From positions 704,001-768,000 of the forward strand of contig JAXSNR010000001.1 in NCBI GenBank assembly GCA_037925075.1: DNA of 64,000 nucleotides. The letters are read 5' to 3'. Of the stretch, positions 28,029 through 36,778 are shown in pieces (the stretch's first letter is position 1; each line of letters starts with the position of its first letter). Both the position numbers and the translations under genes were made by a program. Source of the stretch: Aquificaceae bacterium. Lineage in GTDB: Bacteria > Aquificota > Aquificia > Aquificales > Aquificaceae. The notes under the pieces were generated by a model. The model saw only the letters and a program-made list of their open reading frames with translations, had not been told where the DNA came from and made no database searches.

Positions 28029-29900
28029 ATGTGGCTTATAGTACTCTTTCTTCTTGGCATTGCCTTTTCTGGGGAGGTAAAGGTCCTCTACGAAGATGGC
28101 AGGGTAGGTGTAGTTTCCGAAAAAGCCCTCAAAAGCCTCAAGTCTCGGGTTTTGTATGTGGAAAAGCCAAAAAGGCTGTGGCTCAAGGATGAGATACTCA
28201 GAAGCTCCGCCGTAGGTGTATGGGTCAGTGGTCAGTATAAGGCTTCTCTTCCCGTAAGTGCAGGACAGAGAATAGGGTTTTCTTCCATAAACACCCAGCT
28301 AAGCTTTTCTGGTCCATGCACCCAGTCTGGAAGTCTCTTGGTATGTACCTCCGATGGAACTCTGAACATAACCGCCAGCTCCTCCAACGGAAATTTTGCC
28401 CTGTGGAGCGAGACCCATGCCCTTAGCCTTCTTCCAAATGCTTACTGGCTTGGCACATCCGCAAGGCTTTCGGGGGGAACTGGGAGTGGTGTGCTTGTCG
28501 CCGTGGTGGACTCGGGCATAGACCTTTGCCATCCTGAGTTTGAGGACAGGATAGTGCTTTTTTATGATGCGGTCACGGGTCAGGAGTTTGACCAAAACAC
28601 CATAAGACAGAAAAGACAAAACGGGGACTGTGATTATGACTATGTAGGACACGGCACCGCTGTGGCAAGCGTGCTGGCTGGCAGAAACGGAATAGCACCC
28701 GATGCAAGCATGGTGGTGGTGAGGGTAGCAGACCCCTCGGGTGTTATTTATGATACAACGCTTATACGAGCCTTACAATATCTTAAAAACAAGCAATCAC
28801 AGCTTGGAAGGCCCATGGTGGTAAACCTTTCCCTTGGAAACACCCTTGGGCCGGCGGACGGCACGTACCTTCTTGACCTTGCCATAGACCAGCTATCGGG
28901 CAGTGGTTTTGTGGTGGTGGTTGCCAACGGCAACGAGGGAGACCTTCCCATAAGGGCGGTCATTGAAAATGCAAGTTCTGTAAGCATTCCTGTAAGTCTT
29001 ACCAGTGATCTTCCCTTTGAGCTTTGGTACGGAGGAAACTCCTCCTACAGGGTGGAGCTTTGCGACAGTCAAAACCGATGCGCGGTATCACAAAAGGACT
29101 CGCAGGTAAGCGGAAATCTTCCATGCGTGAGCTATGTGGAACACAGAAGCTACCCCCTGAACGGAAAGGTTTATGCAAGCTTTGACCACAGCTGTGGTGG
29201 TAGCTACACCCTTAGGCTTTCCCTTGCCTCTGGCTCACCATCAAGGGTGGACCTCTTTGGGGGCTTTGAGGGCAACTCCTTTGGTGCCTATACAGTGCCA
29301 GACGGACAAGGGGGATATCTCTACACGGTAGGCCAGCCAGCAACCGCAAGAAGGACAATAGGGGTAGGGGCTATAAATTTAAGGTCCTCTAACGGTCTTG
29401 GTATGCTTGCCTTTTTCTCCTCACGCGGTCCAACCGCTGACGGCAGGACAAAGCCAGAGATAGTGGTAGGGGGTGCATGGGTTTATGTGGCCACCGAAGG
29501 TGGAGGCTATGATTACAAACGAGGCACCTCCATTTCCTCACCCGCGGTCGCGGGCCTTGTAGCCCTTATGCTCCAAGCCAACCCATCCCTTACACCAGAA
29601 CAGGCTAAGGAGCTTCTCTGTCAAAACGCCCTAAAGGACGGTGCTGTTGGTAGCACACCCAACAACCTCTACGGCTGTGGAAAAGCCCATGCGGTAGCCC
29701 TAAGTGCCAATAATCCGCCACCCACAGAAAACTCAACCAACCCACCACCCACTATAAACCTGCCACCACCCACAGAAAGCCCCTCCTCAGGTGGTGGTGG
29801 TGGTTGCAGTACAGGCTCATCCACCTATCTGTGGTCTTATGCCCTTTTTGTAGTGCTTTTACTTCTTAGGAGGTTCAAGGGCAAGCTTGACCGCATGTAA
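28029..29900 (+). CDS. Secreted S8 subtilase with Pro-rich linker and GGGGGC-TM-basic C-terminal sorting signal
   Basis: Signal peptide; VDSG / GHGT / GTSISSP triad; FSSRGPTADGRTKPE; ends SSGGGGGCSTGSSTYLWSYALFVVLLLLRRFKGKLDRM. Confidence 0.9.
   Translation: MWLIVLFLLGIAFSGEVKVLYEDGRVGVVSEKALKSLKSRVLYVEKPKRLWLKDEILRSSAVGVWVSGQYKASLPVSAGQRIGFSSINTQLSFSGPCTQSGSLLVCTSDGTLNITASSSNGNFALWSETHALSLLPNAYWLGTSARLSGGTGSGVLVAVVDSGIDLCHPEFEDRIVLFYDAVTGQEFDQNTIRQKRQNGDCDYDYVGHGTAVASVLAGRNGIAPDASMVVVRVADPSGVIYDTTLIRALQYLKNKQSQLGRPMVVNLSLGNTLGPADGTYLLDLAIDQLSGSGFVVVVANGNEGDLPIRAVIENASSVSIPVSLTSDLPFELWYGGNSSYRVELCDSQNRCAVSQKDSQVSGNLPCVSYVEHRSYPLNGKVYASFDHSCGGSYTLRLSLASGSPSRVDLFGGFEGNSFGAYTVPDGQGGYLYTVGQPATARRTIGVGAINLRSSNGLGMLAFFSSRGPTADGRTKPEIVVGGAWVYVATEGGGYDYKRGTSISSPAVAGLVALMLQANPSLTPEQAKELLCQNALKDGAVGSTPNNLYGCGKAHAVALSANNPPPTENSTNPPPTINLPPPTESPSSGGGGGCSTGSSTYLWSYALFVVLLLLRRFKGKLDRM
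29712..29780 (+). repeat. Three imperfect (N/L)PPPT repeats forming a linker
   Basis: NPPPTE / NPPPTI / LPPPTE, encoded by recurring CCACCCAC. Confidence 0.7.
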
Positions 29901-30914
29901 GGCGCTTGAAAAGGAGGTGCCAGAAAATACCCTTTCCACACCACCCACACCCAAAGCCCTGACCCTGTATGGCTCTCTTGGGTAGCCCTCGCACAACCCC
30001 TTTGGAAAGCATGGGTCTCCCGCCACCTTTAGGACCTCTGGGTGCCTTGCGGGAAAGGGAAGAACCTTTGAGGGCTCGTTGCCCACCGGTGCCACCACCA
30101 AAAAGCCAAGCTTGGATATGCCAGAGATGATAAGGCTTGCCAGCCTGTCCTCTCCGTACATACCAAAGGGCGTGTTTATGACCCTTACCCCATCCCTTAC
30201 ACACTCCACCAAAGCTTTGGCAAAGGCAAAGGAGGTGCACCTGTTTTCGGAGCATACCCTATGAAGATAAACCATCCCACCCCTTGAACCCACAAGGTAT
30301 GCGTTGGCTGTGCCGTGGTCCTCCGGAAGGTAGGGGCTTTTTAGGTGGTTTTCTACCCTTAGTAGAAAGCTCCCCACAGCCTTTTGGTCTGCACCCGTAT
30401 CAAGAAGGCAAAGGCTCGCACCACCTCCTTTTGGTTGAAGCTTTTCAAAGCCCACCTGTGCGTAGCCCTCACCAAAAAGCTCGTATAGGAAGTTGGGCTG
30501 GACAAAAAGAACCCTGTCGCCAAGGCTTTCTTCCAGCTCCCTTTGGCTCTTTTCCCACCTAACAAGAGAAAAGCTGATATCTTCAAACACACCCCTATCT
30601 ATTACCTCAAGCCCCTCCAAAAGCCCCCTATGGACCACTATAAACTCAAAGGGTACAAAGGCTGGCATTCTCTGACCCTTTTCAGCCTTGCCCTCCGTGG
30701 GTTTGGCGGGTGCCATCTTTGAAAAGATAAGGCTAAGGATAAGAGTGCCCAGTACCGTACCCAGCACCGCACCCACGCCAGTACCACCCCCACCACCGCC
30801 ACTCTGAGGGGGTTGAGGGGTGGGTTGTTCCTGCCTTTGACCAGGGATGGGAACTATCACCGTCTGAGAAAACCCAAAGGAAAAACACACCAAAAGGCTC
30901 AAAAGCCACCTCAT
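29859..30914 (-). CDS. Compact S8 subtilase-family protein
   Basis: Signal peptide; VQPNFLY propeptide end; LLDTG / DHGT / SGTSFSS triad. Confidence 0.8.
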   Translation of the reverse strand: MRWLLSLLVCFSFGFSQTVIVPIPGQRQEQPTPQPPQSGGGGGGTGVGAVLGTVLGTLILSLIFSKMAPAKPTEGKAEKGQRMPAFVPFEFIVVHRGLLEGLEVIDRGVFEDISFSLVRWEKSQRELEESLGDRVLFVQPNFLYELFGEGYAQVGFEKLQPKGGGASLCLLDTGADQKAVGSFLLRVENHLKSPYLPEDHGTANAYLVGSRGGMVYLHRVCSENRCTSFAFAKALVECVRDGVRVINTPFGMYGEDRLASLIISGISKLGFLVVAPVGNEPSKVLPFPARHPEVLKVAGDPCFPKGLCEGYPREPYRVRALGVGGVERVFSGTSFSSALHAVKLALEPPKK

Positions 30915-30980
30915 AGCTTAAAGTATAAACCTTTTGGGGTTAAATAGCCACATACATAAAGAGAGGTAAAATAATGAAAC

Positions 30981-31508
30981 ATGGAGGAGCTTATAAGAGC
31001 CATAGCCAGGGGCGAAGAAAAGGCCCTGAGGGAGCTTATAAGAAGGATGCAGGGAAGGGTGTATGCCTACTGCTACTCTCTCGTGGGCTGTCAGGAGGAT
31101 GCGGAGGAGCTCACCTCGGAGGTTTTCTTTCAGGTGTGGAGGTCCGCCAAGAAGTTCAGGGGGGATTCAAAGGCGACCACATGGATATTTGGCATAGCCA
31201 GAAACCTTTGCTTGAACCATCTTCGGAAAAGGAAGATCCAGTTTATGGAGCTTTTGGAGGCCGATGCGGTCTGCGAGCCGGAGGAGGAGCCAGAGTGCGA
31301 CCCAGAGCTGATAAAGAGAGCCATGGAAAGGCTAAGCCCCCTTCACAGGGAGGTGCTTTACCTTGCCTACTACGAGGAGCTTCCCTATTCAAGTATAGGG
31401 GAATTGTTGGGAATTCCAGAAAGCACGGTAAAGACCCGGGTTTTCAACGCAAAGAGAAGATTAAGGGAGATTATAGAAAATGAAGCGAGCAATAAAGGAA
31501 TATTATAG
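30981..31508 (+). CDS. ECF sigma-70 factor
   Basis: DAEEL..EVF..VW, F.G.S...TWIFGIARN, LGIPESTVKTR. Confidence 0.93.
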   Translation: MEELIRAIARGEEKALRELIRRMQGRVYAYCYSLVGCQEDAEELTSEVFFQVWRSAKKFRGDSKATTWIFGIARNLCLNHLRKRKIQFMELLEADAVCEPEEEPECDPELIKRAMERLSPLHREVLYLAYYEELPYSSIGELLGIPESTVKTRVFNAKRRLREIIENEASNKGIL

Positions 31509-31854
31509 GGAAAAAGCACTGAAAAAAGACATAGAGACAGAGGCGATTTTGCGGATAAGAGAACACAGACTAAAAATATGGAAGTTGCTTTCTTTTGCCC
31601 TCCTTAGCCTTAACTTTTCCCTTATGACCTTTTTATTCGTGAACCTAACAAAAACTGAATACGAAACCATGTCCGGTGGTTACGAGGTGCATATACGGGA
31701 CGATGTTAGCTTTTCTCAGTTAGACCAGTTTTTGAGAAGACACAACCTATTTATAAAGGGACCTACACCGGAGGGCACATACCTTATAGAAGGTGCAAGC
31801 TCGGATACCATAAAAGCTATAGAAAAGTCAAACATCTTTAGACCAAAGGATTAA
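31480..31854 (+). CDS. Putative membrane anti-sigma factor
   Basis: Overlaps the ECF gene; short cytoplasmic part, one TM, then YETMS..GP..EG.Y.I periplasmic domain. Confidence 0.65.
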   Translation: MKRAIKEYYREKALKKDIETEAILRIREHRLKIWKLLSFALLSLNFSLMTFLFVNLTKTEYETMSGGYEVHIRDDVSFSQLDQFLRRHNLFIKGPTPEGTYLIEGASSDTIKAIEKSNIFRPKD

Positions 31855-32100
31855 AATTTAATAACATAAATAAGAGGTTTGGGAACAAAGCAGTAGGCGG
31901 GTTTGTGCAATGAAGGAAGGGCACATTACAAAGCTTGTAAGCAAGGTGGAATTTTACCGCGAAAGGGAAAAGGTAAGGACCAGCATAGGCCACAAGGGAG
32001 AGCTTCTATCTAACTTTAAGATAGACACACAAATTACGGGCTTTGCAAAAACAAATTCCGCCTTCATAAAACTTTTGAAGTTCCTCATTGGGCTTTTCAC

Positions 32101-33579
32101 ATGAAGAGGCTACCTTTGGCTCTTGCTCTTTTTTTGGTATCTTGCGGTGGTGGTGAGCAAAGCACAGAGGGGCGTATAAGCCTTAGCATAAAGGGGGAGG
32201 TAAAGGTAGAATATTTTAGCAGGGTTTTTTTGAGGGTCTCTTACCCAGAGGGTGGACCATACCAAGAGGAAAGGTATGGGAGGTTTGCACCAGGTGATGT
32301 GTTGGTGTTCAACGTGGAAATTCCAGAGGGCAGAGAACGCACCATTGAGGTTTTTCTCTTTGACCCGCAGAACAAGCCTGTATATTACCGTTCTCTTTTC
32401 CTACCTGAGCTTTCAAAGAAGGATACCATAAATGTGGAACTCTTGCCTTCTGAAAAAAGCATCCAAACCTTTGAAATAAGGTCAGACGGCACCATAAAGA
32501 CCAGTGCAAAGCTTGAGCTTTTGAGCGAAGACCTCTACTCTTCTAACGGTTTGTATGACCGCTATGTGGTGGGAAGGGCTATAAGAGAAGGTCAAAGGAT
32601 TTTCTATGTAGACGCCTTACAGGATAAGGTTGAAGTTGAACTTGAAAGAAGGCAAGAGCTTGTGGTAAGCTCGCAAACACCTCTGTATGTGACGGGTAGT
32701 GCGGAGGGCTTTGTAAGAGATAGCGTGCAGGTCAGCGTTAGCAGTTCAAAGCTCACCACCGAGGGCGAAGGTTTCCTATGTGCGGTAGATGGTAATTCCA
32801 TATGGTATAGCCTTTCTAAGGCTTCCACCCTTGAACTTCAAAGGGCTTGTGTAGGAAGCACCTGCACCGCATACACCGTAAATTCACCTCAGGACTTTAC
32901 CCTTGCGGAGGTTCTTATATTATACAAGGGTATAGCCTGCGTGGGTGGATATTTGGAAGCTCCAAACAGGGTGAGAGTGCTTGACCTACCTCAGACTCAA
33001 AAATATCTGGGTTTTAACTATGTGAGTGACCAACCTTGTAAAACCTACGGGAAGTTATACACGCCAATTAACAATGTGGAGTTTTCAAAAATGTTCTTTG
33101 AGGTCCCACCCTTATCTTCTTGGAGGGTGTATTCGGAGGATAGGCTTTATGAGATGAAGACCTCTTGCTTTGCTTCCTCTGGGGCTTCTTTTCTCTTGAT
33201 TCCCTCTTATAGGGGCAGGCTTTTTGTGGAGAAGTTGGAAGAGGGGAAAGCTTACGGAAAGTTTCTGGACTCTCGCAGATGGTCATGGGAAGGGCATGAT
33301 ATAAAGGGCGTAAGCATAAAGGACATAGGAGATTTGTTCCTTTTGAGCTTTGAGTTGGTTGGAAACTTTAAAAGCTGTGATATGAGATTATGGTCAGAAG
33401 AGGGTGAGCTTCACATAAAAGGCATACCCACATACAGAAGACATATAAAGCTTTCTAAGGCTCTTTTTGGGAAGCCGGAGGATATGAACTACGAGCTCAC
33501 ATGCTATTTTGAGGGGGGTTATGTAAAAAACAAGCAAGAAAAAGAACCTGTTTATGGCATCTACAACCCAGCGATGTAA
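32101..33579 (+). CDS. Hypothetical lipoprotein
   Basis: Lipobox LVS-C followed by GGG; beta-rich mature region. Confidence 0.8.
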   Translation: MKRLPLALALFLVSCGGGEQSTEGRISLSIKGEVKVEYFSRVFLRVSYPEGGPYQEERYGRFAPGDVLVFNVEIPEGRERTIEVFLFDPQNKPVYYRSLFLPELSKKDTINVELLPSEKSIQTFEIRSDGTIKTSAKLELLSEDLYSSNGLYDRYVVGRAIREGQRIFYVDALQDKVEVELERRQELVVSSQTPLYVTGSAEGFVRDSVQVSVSSSKLTTEGEGFLCAVDGNSIWYSLSKASTLELQRACVGSTCTAYTVNSPQDFTLAEVLILYKGIACVGGYLEAPNRVRVLDLPQTQKYLGFNYVSDQPCKTYGKLYTPINNVEFSKMFFEVPPLSSWRVYSEDRLYEMKTSCFASSGASFLLIPSYRGRLFVEKLEEGKAYGKFLDSRRWSWEGHDIKGVSIKDIGDLFLLSFELVGNFKSCDMRLWSEEGELHIKGIPTYRRHIKLSKALFGKPEDMNYELTCYFEGGYVKNKQEKEPVYGIYNPAM

Positions 33580-33596
33580 TGTTATAATATAAACTT

Positions 33597-35567
33597 ATGA
33601 GGCTTACCCAAGAAAAGGTCTTGGAGACCTTTAACAAAAACGTGGATTTCCTTTCAAGATACTACCCTCAGCTGCTTGAAAAACTCAATATTCCCAAGGA
33701 CAGTATAAGGGTAAGCCTCGACCCACAGGGCAGGATCGACGCCTTTATTGGTAGTTTAATGGTGTATGGAGGAGACGCCTATAAAAAGTCCTTAGAGCAA
33801 GTGTATCGCTTTGATGCACTACCTATTAGGTTTATGCCAAACCTTCATATATCTTCTTCCGCAGACGAAAAGCTAATATCCTATAGGACTAAGGCAAAAA
33901 TGGAAAAAGTGGTGGGCACGGAAATAAAATTTCCCCAATACCCACCAGATAAAAACATCCCCCTTTTAATATCCATAGGCTTAGGCTTTGGGTTTCATAT
34001 AGATATGTTGAGAAAAATGTACAAAATACAGCACATGATCATCATAGACCTGCCCATTTTTGCACACCTAAGCCTATATACCATGGACTGGAAGGATTTA
34101 GTGGAGGAATTTAACAAACAGGATAAGAGCATCACCCTGTTTATAGGAGAAGACTTTTTCAAACCAGAAACCATAGATAATACAGTACAAGAGCTTATCA
34201 ATGCCTTTAATAGAATAGGTCCCATGTTGACTTATTGGGGGTACTACTTTGAACATTTGAAGTACAACCCACCCGTTAGATTTTCGGAGTTTTTGGCAAA
34301 GACGCCGGCTATCAGTCAGTTGTACAAAGGCTTTTGTGATGACGAGCTTTGGTCTCTTGAATGGACATTGGAAAAAATAGAACGTTCTATACCCGCATAC
34401 TATGGAGGCTACACCATCCCACGAGGCTATACCGCCTTTGTGTTGGGAGCAGGTCCATCTTTGGACAAAGCCATTGAATTTATACAACGTTATAAAGGCA
34501 AGGCGGTAATCTTTTCCTGTGGTTCCACAATAACCGCATTGGAAAGGGTTGGCATACTGCCAGACTATCATGTGGAGACAGAGAGGACAAAATACACTTA
34601 TGACATACTTGCTGAGGTTAACAGGGAATTTTTGAAGGACATCATCTTTATTACAAACAACCCAACATGGACGGAGTGCTTTGACCTGTTTAAGGAAGGT
34701 TATATGTTTTTAAAGCTTAACGATACGGGTGGCATACTTCTTGCCAAGTATGGTGGGGTTCCTATAAGGATACGGCATACGGGACCAACGGTAACCGCAG
34801 GGGGTGTTGCCCTTGCTGCGGAGTTTGGCTTTGAGGAAATCTACCTCTTTGGAGTAGATTTAGGTAAAAAAGCCACACAAGAGCACCACTCTAAACTGAC
34901 CAACTACTATAAGAGCAACAGCATGCTTTCAAAAATGGTGCCCGAGTTGGATATACCCTACGAGGCAGTTAATGGTGGCTTGGCTTATACAAACATTTGG
35001 TTTTTAGAAACTGCCCAAAGCATAGAGGCTATTGCCCGAAAATTCAATGTTAGAATATACAATGCCTCTGACGGAATAAATATAAGTGGGACTATTCCCA
35101 TAAGGCTGGAAGATATAAACATGGAAAGCAAGCCAGAAATTGACAAAGAATACATAAAAAGTGTTATAAGAAGCAATTTTAGTATGAATTATACGCAATA
35201 TATAAATAGGGAAAATATGGGATACATACTTACAAAAGTTATAGAACAAGTAGATGAGCTTATTGCAATTGCCAAGAGATATACGGAGATGGATTATAGG
35301 AACTATACAGATTTGTTATCTTACTTCACTATGTTTAACTACAGCCTTAAACATTGTGATGACGTACTATATCATCTGATATTCCACGATACGCACACTT
35401 GGACCACTGCGGTGGTGGGAGCTTCTGCGACCGTAGGACCTGAGGAAAGGGACAGGCTGGTAAAGGAGTTCTGGCATATATACATACAGTATCTAAGGGA
35501 GATAAAAGAATATTTAGAAGCTCTAAGGGGGAGGTTTGCCTATCAGGGTGCAAAGGCTATGGGTTGA
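33597..35567 (+). CDS. Motility-associated-factor (Maf/DUF115)-type glycosyltransferase
   Basis: G.G.G.HI, VLGAGPSLD, SCGST..L...GI.PD.HVE.ER, GPTV, IYLFGVDLG, N.SDG..I.G. Confidence 0.8.
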   Translation: MRLTQEKVLETFNKNVDFLSRYYPQLLEKLNIPKDSIRVSLDPQGRIDAFIGSLMVYGGDAYKKSLEQVYRFDALPIRFMPNLHISSSADEKLISYRTKAKMEKVVGTEIKFPQYPPDKNIPLLISIGLGFGFHIDMLRKMYKIQHMIIIDLPIFAHLSLYTMDWKDLVEEFNKQDKSITLFIGEDFFKPETIDNTVQELINAFNRIGPMLTYWGYYFEHLKYNPPVRFSEFLAKTPAISQLYKGFCDDELWSLEWTLEKIERSIPAYYGGYTIPRGYTAFVLGAGPSLDKAIEFIQRYKGKAVIFSCGSTITALERVGILPDYHVETERTKYTYDILAEVNREFLKDIIFITNNPTWTECFDLFKEGYMFLKLNDTGGILLAKYGGVPIRIRHTGPTVTAGGVALAAEFGFEEIYLFGVDLGKKATQEHHSKLTNYYKSNSMLSKMVPELDIPYEAVNGGLAYTNIWFLETAQSIEAIARKFNVRIYNASDGINISGTIPIRLEDINMESKPEIDKEYIKSVIRSNFSMNYTQYINRENMGYILTKVIEQVDELIAIAKRYTEMDYRNYTDLLSYFTMFNYSLKHCDDVLYHLIFHDTHTWTTAVVGASATVGPEERDRLVKEFWHIYIQYLREIKEYLEALRGRFAYQGAKAMG

Positions 35568-36334
35568 TCAAGACTTACCCTTTCGGGGTTTCTTTGTAGG
35601 TAGGCGTCTATAAGCCTTTTGTAGTTGTAGAGGGAATGCAGATGGTAGTATATGGCTCTTATATAACCCTTTTGTTCAAAATCCCTTAGGACTGTTTGGG
35701 GAAGCTCCATAAGGGCTTTCTCATCTACCGCATTGAAGGATACACTTATGCCCTTGTAGGTAAAGGTTCCGGGCCTTATAAGGTCATATTCAACCAAAGC
35801 TTGCACGAACAGGCGGGTTTGTTCATAGTCTTGTAGGAAGTTTATGCCCGGCTGTACAAAATGCACCATGAAAAGGGGGTTCATCTCCTCTTTTGACAGA
35901 AGCACGGGCTCACCCTCTACATCTGACCATCCGGGACAGGTGAGGTCTATGTTTACAAGGGTTCTTCCCGTTTGGTCCTTGACGGGGCTAAAGGGGTATT
36001 GCTTGCAAGATGTTGGCTTGTCTTCACCCAAGATGCACCCAAAGCCCTCTTTTAGATATACACAGCTTCCATCCACGTCTATGTCCAGTTTATAGAAAAG
36101 GTTCATCTCAAAGCTTGCGGGCTGGTCTTCACTGTACTTTATCAGGGGGAAGATTATGGGAAAGTAGAGAGATAGGTGACTTATCTCAGAAAAACCAACG
36201 GAGGACCTCACGGGCGCGTAGCAACAACTCTTTGGACAGCTTGCTCCCAAACATCTCCATTTGAGGTTTTTGTGCTTTTCCGTGTCAAGAAGTTCTGTTA
36301 TTTCAAAAAGCTTTTTTGAAGGCTTGTCGCTCAT
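35543..36334 (-). CDS. YkgJ-family (CxxCxxCC) cysteine-cluster protein
   Basis: C....C..SCC, CVYL...GC...KP..C..YPF, CPG; start reassigned to ATG 36334 (ATGA overlap). Confidence 0.75.
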   Translation of the reverse strand: MSDKPSKKLFEITELLDTEKHKNLKWRCLGASCPKSCCYAPVRSSVGFSEISHLSLYFPIIFPLIKYSEDQPASFEMNLFYKLDIDVDGSCVYLKEGFGCILGEDKPTSCKQYPFSPVKDQTGRTLVNIDLTCPGWSDVEGEPVLLSKEEMNPLFMVHFVQPGINFLQDYEQTRLFVQALVEYDLIRPGTFTYKGISVSFNAVDEKALMELPQTVLRDFEQKGYIRAIYYHLHSLYNYKRLIDAYLQRNPERVSLDQPIAFAP

Positions 36335-36732
36335 GGTATTATGTACCACCTCTCTTTTATTTTTACTGCAAAATTTTTGACCACCGTAGGCTCTCCCTTT
36401 GGAGTGTGCAAGCTTATTTCCAAAAGAACCACATCCTGACCGTGCGTGCTCTTTATAGTTTTGGCGACGGTGGCGGTTATGTTGATGGGTTTTGTGTACA
36501 GCCTTGTGTATTGTTCCTTTTTTTCGCAAAAGGTCTTTGCTTGCTCCTCCGAAGCGGGCATAAATATATTATATGCCTGAACCGCCAAATTGCTCTTGGC
36601 AAACTCCATACACCTCTGGGGCTCAAAAAACATCACCTGCCAGAAGGCAACCCCCAAGTCTTTTGGGTCCTCGTAGGCCTTTTGGGAACAGGCAAACATA
36701 AAAAAAGCAAAAAGCAACCAAAGCAATCTCAT
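36331..36732 (-). CDS. Small lipoprotein
   Basis: GGAGG SD, MRLLWLLFAFFMFA-C lipobox; start reassigned to 36732. Confidence 0.75.
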   Translation of the reverse strand: MRLLWLLFAFFMFACSQKAYEDPKDLGVAFWQVMFFEPQRCMEFAKSNLAVQAYNIFMPASEEQAKTFCEKKEQYTRLYTKPINITATVAKTIKSTHGQDVVLLEISLHTPKGEPTVVKNFAVKIKERWYIIP

Positions 36733-36750
36733 AGAAAACCTCCAAAAAAG

Positions 36751-36771
36751 AAAAAGCCCCCAAAAGGGGGC
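36751..36771 (-). terminator. Rho-independent terminator of the 736-aa lipoprotein gene
   Basis: Minus strand GCCCCC-TTTT-GGGGGC followed by TTTTTCTTTTTT, 7 nt after the stop codon. Confidence 0.85.
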
Positions 36772-36778
36772 ACAAGAC

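Noticed and set aside
30974..31483. 169-aa alternative-frame ORF over the ECF gene, in frame up to the anti-sigma start
   Set aside because: No recognisable motif; explained as a shadow frame of the sigma factor
31910..32104. 64-aa ORF upstream of the lipoprotein
   Set aside because: No motif and weak initiation signals; not listed as CDS but not excluded (it has an ATGA overlap with the next gene)
36335..36529. N-terminal extension of the YkgJ-like ORF
   Set aside because: Lies inside the lipoprotein gene in another frame; the ATGA overlap supports 36334
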